From assembly GCA_001794825.1 (NCBI GenBank), contig MGLK01000026.1:19619-83618 (forward strand): DNA of 64,000 nucleotides. The letters are read 5' to 3'. Positions within the stretch are counted from its first letter, which is position 1. Each line of letters starts with the position of its first letter. Source of the DNA: Caulobacterales bacterium RIFCSPHIGHO2_01_FULL_70_19. GTDB taxonomy: Bacteria; Pseudomonadota; Alphaproteobacteria; Caulobacterales; Caulobacteraceae. The notes beneath the pieces are model-generated. The model ran no database searches, was not told the DNA's origin, and saw nothing but the letters and a program-made list of their open reading frames with translations. Both the position numbers and the translations under genes were made by a program. Shown here in pieces: positions 59,494 through 64,000 of this stretch.

Positions 59494-60101
59494 CCGCCGC
59501 TCTCCGGGACTGGATAGACATCCGGGCTGAGCACACGGGCGAGCGCCAGCAGGTTGCGCGCGGCGATGCGGCCGGTGCGGTCGGACCAGTCGTGGGCCTT
59601 GTCGGTGTCGGTGTAGTTCGGGCCGGGGCCGGGCCCGAGGTGCCAATAGGTCCAGCTCTGGCCCGGAATGGTGAAGCCGATGTCGATCAGGGCCTGACAG
59701 ACGCTGGCGACGATGTGGTGGGCGCCGTCCTCGTTGCCGGTGATCACCACCCCGGCCACCTTGCCGTAGGCGACCGGACGGCCGTCGTCGCGGGTCTCGG
59801 ACAGCATGGCGTCCATCCGCTCCAGCGCGCGCATACACACGCTGGAATGCTGGCCCAGCCAGGTCGGCGTGGCCATGACCAGGATGTCGGCGGCGAGAAT
59901 GCGGGCGCGCACCGACGGCCAGTCGTCGCCCTCGCCCTGGTCGGTCTTCACGCCGGGCTTGAGGTTCAGGTCCACCAGACGGACGAGCTCTGTCTCCGCC
60001 CCGCCCTTCTCCAGTTCGGCCATGACCACCCGCGCGAGCGCCTCGGTGTTCGAGGTCTGCGGCGACGGCTTGAGGGTGCAGTTCAGGACCAGGGCCTTCA
60101 T
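59490..60101 (-). CDS. NAD(P)H-dependent FMN reductase / flavodoxin-like fold protein
   Basis: 'MKALVLNCTLKPSP', 'ADILVMATPTWLG'. Confidence 0.85.
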   Translation of the reverse strand: MKALVLNCTLKPSPQTSNTEALARVVMAELEKGGAETELVRLVDLNLKPGVKTDQGEGDDWPSVRARILAADILVMATPTWLGQHSSVCMRALERMDAMLSETRDDGRPVAYGKVAGVVITGNEDGAHHIVASVCQALIDIGFTIPGQSWTYWHLGPGPGPNYTDTDKAHDWSDRTGRIAARNLLALARVLSPDVYPVPESGG

Positions 60102-60233
60102 CGGCGCGCCTCCTATGCTGGAGCCGGGCCAATGCACGCCCCCGCCGGACCGTTCCGGACCTTCATTTAACCCGACGGTTGACAACGGGACGGCCGCGGC
60201 GCATTTAACCTGTCAGTTACATAAGACGCCGCC

Positions 60234-60581
60234 ATGCAGACCGACCTTCTCTCCGCCCAGTTCGCCGCCCTCGCCGACCCGACCCGTCGGGCGATCCTCG
60301 CGCGGCTGAGCGAAGGGGAAGCCAGCGTCAATGAACTGGCCGAGCCGTTCGACATCAGCCTGCCCGCCGTGTCGAAGCACCTGAAGGTGCTGGAGAAGGC
60401 GGGGCTGATCAGCCGCGGGCGGGAGGCGCAGTGGCGACCGGCGCGGCTGGAGCCGATGGCCCTGAAGGGCATCGCCGAGTGGATGGAGCACTACCGCCGC
60501 TTCTGGGACGCCAGTTTCGACCGGCTGGACGCGTACCTGAAGAAGATTCAGCAAGGAGACGACCGTGGCCCAAGAAACTGA
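60234..60581 (+). CDS. ArsR/SmtB-family transcriptional regulator
   Basis: 'ALADPTRRAILARLSEGEASVNELAEPFDISLPAVSKHLKVLEKAGL'. Confidence 0.92.
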   Translation: MQTDLLSAQFAALADPTRRAILARLSEGEASVNELAEPFDISLPAVSKHLKVLEKAGLISRGREAQWRPARLEPMALKGIAEWMEHYRRFWDASFDRLDAYLKKIQQGDDRGPRN

Positions 60582-61068
60582 GACCAATCCCTGCAACACC
60601 GACGGCGTGGCGCACGCCTTCGAGCTGGAGCTGCGCCGGACGATCGACGCCTCCCCCGAGCGGATCTGGAAGGCCTGGATGACGCCGGAGCTGCTGGAGC
60701 AGTGGTTCGCGCCGAAGCCGTGGCGCATCTCGGACGTGCGGGTCGACCCGCGTCCGGGCGGGGTGTTCAACTTCGTCATGCACGGCCCGGACGGCGAGCG
60801 TTATCCGAACCACGGCGTGTTCCTAGAGGCCGAGCCGAACCGGCGCTGGACCACGACCGACGCCTTCACGCCGGACTGGAGGCCCGCCGGCCAGCCGTTC
60901 ATGGTCGCGACCGTCGAACTGACCCCCCTCGCCGACGGCCGGACGGAATATGTCGCCACCGCCCGGCACTGGAACGCCGAGACGATGAAGCAGCACGAGG
61001 CCATGGGTTTCCACGAGGGCTGGGGCCAGTGCGCCGACCAGCTGGAGCAGCTGCTGAAGAACAACTGA
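60565..61068 (+). CDS. SRPBCC-domain protein (AHSA1/START-like)
   Basis: 'SPERIWKAWMTPELLEQWFAP', 'GFHEGWGQCADQLEQLL'. Confidence 0.85.
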   Translation: MAQETETNPCNTDGVAHAFELELRRTIDASPERIWKAWMTPELLEQWFAPKPWRISDVRVDPRPGGVFNFVMHGPDGERYPNHGVFLEAEPNRRWTTTDAFTPDWRPAGQPFMVATVELTPLADGRTEYVATARHWNAETMKQHEAMGFHEGWGQCADQLEQLLKNN

Positions 61069-61113
61069 TCCCCTCCCCGACCGTCGACCGGACCCGCCCT
61101 GCGAGGAAGCCTC

Positions 61114-61602
61114 ATGAACCACGTCGAAGCCATCGCCACCCGACCGTCCCTGCACCTGCAGCGCGTCTTCGACGCGCCCCGGGCGCTGGTGTGGAAGGCC
61201 TGGACGACGCCCGAGACCGTGGTGCTGTGGCTGGGTCCGGTCGAATGGCCGGCGGTCAGCGTGTCGCAGGATCTGCGCGTCGGCGGCGAATGGCGGGCCT
61301 GCCTGCGCTCGCCCGAGACCGGACAGGACCTGTGGCAGGGCGGGATCTACCGCGAGATCGTCCCGCCCGAGCGTCTGGTGTTCACCTTCAAGTGGGACGA
61401 GTCCCACGAGGACGGGCCGCCGGTCGACACCCTGGTCACGGTGGAGTTCGCCGAACTTCCGGATGGCCGCACCCGCATGGACTTCACCCACGAGGGCCTG
61501 AAGTCGGAGCAGAGCCTGGTCGGCCATCGCCACGGCTGGACCTCGACCTTCGACCGTCTGGTGGCCTTTCTCGAAAAGCAGGACGACGGAGACAATCGAT
61601 GA
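61114..61602 (+). CDS. SRPBCC-domain protein (AHSA1/START-like), paralogue of the preceding gene
   Basis: 'APRALVWKAWTTPETVVLWLGP', 'GHRHGWTSTFDRLVAFLE'. Confidence 0.85.
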   Translation: MNHVEAIATRPSLHLQRVFDAPRALVWKAWTTPETVVLWLGPVEWPAVSVSQDLRVGGEWRACLRSPETGQDLWQGGIYREIVPPERLVFTFKWDESHEDGPPVDTLVTVEFAELPDGRTRMDFTHEGLKSEQSLVGHRHGWTSTFDRLVAFLEKQDDGDNR

Positions 61603-62042
61603 AGATCGTGACCAGCCTGAGCTTCAACGGCCAGTGCCGCGAGGCGTTCGAGTTCTATGCGAAGGCGCTGGGCGGCAGGATCACCGCCGCCATGCCCTAT
61701 TCCGACGCGCCGCCGGAGATGCCCGTGGGCGACAGGTACCGTGAGTGGCTGATGCATTGCTGGCTCGAGGTCGGCGACCAGGCGCTGATGGGGGCGGACA
61801 TGGACGTCGACTGGGCGCCGAACGTCGACAAGCCCAAGAACGGCTTCGACGTCACCCTGCACACCCAGGACAAGGCCGAGGCGCAGCGCTGGTTCGAGCA
61901 GCTGTCCGAGGGCGGCCGGGTCGTCATGGCCTTCAACGAGACCTTCTGGTCGCCCGGCCACGGCAGCCTGATCGACCGCTTCGGCGTGCCGTGGATGGTC
62001 AACACCGTGCCGGCCGGCGAGTGGCGCGGCCCCGAGACCTGA
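61599..62042 (+). CDS. VOC/PhnB-like (3-demethylubiquinone methyltransferase-domain) protein
   Basis: 'LSFNGQCREAFEFYAKALGG', 'FWSPGHGSLIDRFGVPWMVN'. Confidence 0.85.
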   Translation: MKIVTSLSFNGQCREAFEFYAKALGGRITAAMPYSDAPPEMPVGDRYREWLMHCWLEVGDQALMGADMDVDWAPNVDKPKNGFDVTLHTQDKAEAQRWFEQLSEGGRVVMAFNETFWSPGHGSLIDRFGVPWMVNTVPAGEWRGPET

Positions 62043-62099
62043 CGATCCGGGAGGCGCGGCGCGGGCGCCCCGCCTCCCCGCACCCAAGGAGATCCAGAG

Positions 62100-62759
62100 A
62101 TGCGCACGATCCGAACCGCCACCTTCGTTTCGTTAGACGGCGTCATGCAGGCGCCCGGCGGGCCGGAGGAGGATCCGGCCGGCGGCTTCCGCTTCGGCGG
62201 GTGGGTGTTTCCGCACTGGGACGAGGCCCTCGGGCGGCTGATGGACCGCGCCATGGGCGAGAACTACGATCTCCTGCTGGGCCGCCGGACCTACGAGATC
62301 TTCGCCGCCTACTGGCCGCACCAGGACGACGACATCGGCCGCGTCTTCAACGCGGTGAACAAGTACGTCGTGGCGAGCCCCGGCACGCCGACGCCATGGG
62401 AGAACAGCCACCTGCTGGAGGGCGATGTCGCGGAGTCGGTGCGGGCGCTCAAGCAGACGGAGGGGCGGGACCTGCTGATCCAGGGTTCGAGCGAGGTCAT
62501 CCACGCCCTGCTCGCGGCTGACCTGATCGACCAGATGACGCTGCTGACCTTCCCGCTGGTGCTGGGCGAGGGCAAACGCCTGTTCGACGCGGGCTCGCGG
62601 CCGCGCGGCTGGACGCCGCTGGGGACCGAGACTACCGGCGAGGGCGTTGTGGTCTCCACCTACCGCCGGGGCGGCGACGTGCCGACCGGCTCGTTCGCCG
62701 GGGACGAGATCGGCGAGGCCCGGCAGGCGCGGCGGGAGGGGAGCCGGGCCGAAGGCTAG
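62100..62759 (+). CDS. Dihydrofolate reductase-family protein (RibD C-terminal domain)
   Basis: 'FVSLDGVMQAPGGPEED', 'LLLGRRTYEIFAAYWP', 'LIQGSSEVIHALL'. Confidence 0.88.
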   Translation: MRTIRTATFVSLDGVMQAPGGPEEDPAGGFRFGGWVFPHWDEALGRLMDRAMGENYDLLLGRRTYEIFAAYWPHQDDDIGRVFNAVNKYVVASPGTPTPWENSHLLEGDVAESVRALKQTEGRDLLIQGSSEVIHALLAADLIDQMTLLTFPLVLGEGKRLFDAGSRPRGWTPLGTETTGEGVVVSTYRRGGDVPTGSFAGDEIGEARQARREGSRAEG

Positions 62760-63988
62760 CGCACGACCTCCGTCGGGAACGAGCGCCCGAGGGCCTCGGC
62801 CATGCCCTGCTGGGACAGCAGCAGCACCGCCTCGCGCTGGTGGAAATTGTTGGACAGGACGATGACCGTGACGTCCCCGTCCGGCTGGTAGGTCACCAGG
62901 TTGCGGAAACCCGACCAGCTGCCCGTGTGGTAGATCTGACGATCGAGGAAGTCGGGGCGGACCTGGCGGCCCAGCGCCTTCTCGTAGAGGCCGAAGCCCC
63001 ACAGGCGGCGCGGCTGGCCGCGTTCGTCGGGCGTGTCCTCGGGCGCATGGTCGGCGATCATCTGGCGGTAGCTCTCTGGCGACAGCAGGTGGCCGCCGTG
63101 CAGGGCGCGATTCCACACGAGCAGGTCGTCCAGCGTCGAATACAGGGCTCCGGCGGCGAAGATGATGCTGAGGTTGGCGTTCGGCTGCGGACTGGGCGGA
63201 CCGCCGAGATTGGCGTATCCCATGACCACGTCCGAGAAGCCGTCGTCGTAGCCTGTGTCGATCATGCCGAGGGGCTCGAAGAAGGCGGCGCGGAGGTAGT
63301 CGTGCAGCGGCTGGCCGCTGGCCCGCTCGACCACCACGCCCAGAAGGTTGTAGCCGGCGTTGCTGTATCGGACCTTCGTTCCCGGCGCGAAGGACGGGCT
63401 GTAGCGTCTTGAGTCTTCGGTCAGTTCTTCCGGCGTGGCGGGGGTCACGCGACGCAGGCCCCAGCCCGGACGCGCCATCAGGTCGGGAAGGCCGGAACTA
63501 TGCGACAGGAGATGGCGCAGGCGGATCGGGGCCCAGGACGCCGGGCAATCCTCGATCCAGCGGCAGACCGGATCCTCCACCGAAAGCACGCCCTCGTCCT
63601 GCAGGCGAAGGACGGCGGCGGCGGTGAACTGCTTGCTGACCGACGCGAGCCGGAAACGGGAGTTCAGCTCCAGCGGCGTTCCGGTGCGCCGGTCCGCCAT
63701 GCCGTAGACGCGGCGAAACAGCACCTCGTCGCCGCGGGCGACAAGAACCCCGCCGGTGAAGCGGCCGGCGCCGCCCCATCGATCCAGCTGATCCTTGAGC
63801 TGCGGCAGGGCCTCGACCGTGACCAGGGGCGGTCGCGGCGGCAAGGTCGCCTCGACCGGCTCGCCTTCCGCCGGCGGCCGGTTCAGCGTCGCCCATCCCA
63901 CCCCGCCGGCCGCCAACGCGGCCAGGACGGCCAGAAGACCGAAGGTCAGCCGGGGATGGTTTCCGGCGCGGCGGGGGACATGAAACAA
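62756..63988 (-). CDS. Serine hydrolase (class C beta-lactamase / PBP4*-like family)
   Basis: Active-site 'ASVSKQFTA' (S-x-x-K), 'YSNAGYNLLG' (Y-x-N), N-terminal TM/signal segment. Confidence 0.88.
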   Translation of the reverse strand: MFHVPRRAGNHPRLTFGLLAVLAALAAGGVGWATLNRPPAEGEPVEATLPPRPPLVTVEALPQLKDQLDRWGGAGRFTGGVLVARGDEVLFRRVYGMADRRTGTPLELNSRFRLASVSKQFTAAAVLRLQDEGVLSVEDPVCRWIEDCPASWAPIRLRHLLSHSSGLPDLMARPGWGLRRVTPATPEELTEDSRRYSPSFAPGTKVRYSNAGYNLLGVVVERASGQPLHDYLRAAFFEPLGMIDTGYDDGFSDVVMGYANLGGPPSPQPNANLSIIFAAGALYSTLDDLLVWNRALHGGHLLSPESYRQMIADHAPEDTPDERGQPRRLWGFGLYEKALGRQVRPDFLDRQIYHTGSWSGFRNLVTYQPDGDVTVIVLSNNFHQREAVLLLSQQGMAEALGRSFPTEVVR

Positions 63989-64000
63989 GGGATCAGACGT

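Overview
High-GC alphaproteobacterial chromosome segment. A hand count of a few 60-nt lines gives about 70% GC in the core blocks and mid-50s% in parts of the accessory region; this is not a full computation. Gene content and order (lipA, rpmF, eno-ftsB-pdhA-pdhB-pdhC-lpdA with a lipoyl-domain-bearing PdhB, orphan motB, bpt, parC, recO) suggest Caulobacterales, which is an inference.

Two housekeeping blocks (1-20.8 kb and 48.9-64 kb) flank a mosaic accessory region of about 28 kb (20.8-48.9 kb). In order, it holds:
- a 3-gene cassette with an Rx4H (HEPN-type) protein;
- a CheR/CheB-linked hybrid histidine-kinase cluster without any MCP;
- a tightly coupled minus-strand operon of an N6-adenine DNA methyltransferase, a protein fusing a MORC/Hsp90-like GHKL ATPase head to a complete histidine-kinase core, a receiver-like protein with a Cys-rich tail, and two unknown proteins;
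- a tandem universal stress protein;
- a serine recombinase;
- a graspetide-type RiPP cluster, with a double-glycine precursor peptide facing an operon of secreted protein, ATP-grasp ligase, HlyD-type MFP and C39-peptidase ABC exporter;
- an IS5-family (IS427-like) insertion sequence with a -1 frameshift;
- a Tn5053/Tn402-like tniA-tniB-tniQ module with a recognisable terminal inverted repeat.

I saw no rRNA, tRNA or CRISPR array by eye. The best candidate for an undescribed system is the methyltransferase / dual-GHKL kinase / receiver operon (29.1-34.8 kb). Its logic recalls BREX/Pgl (methylase plus phospho-signalling) and Detocs (His-Asp defence), but its composition matches no system I recognise. 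Many long antisense 'shadow' ORFs in the track are rejected.
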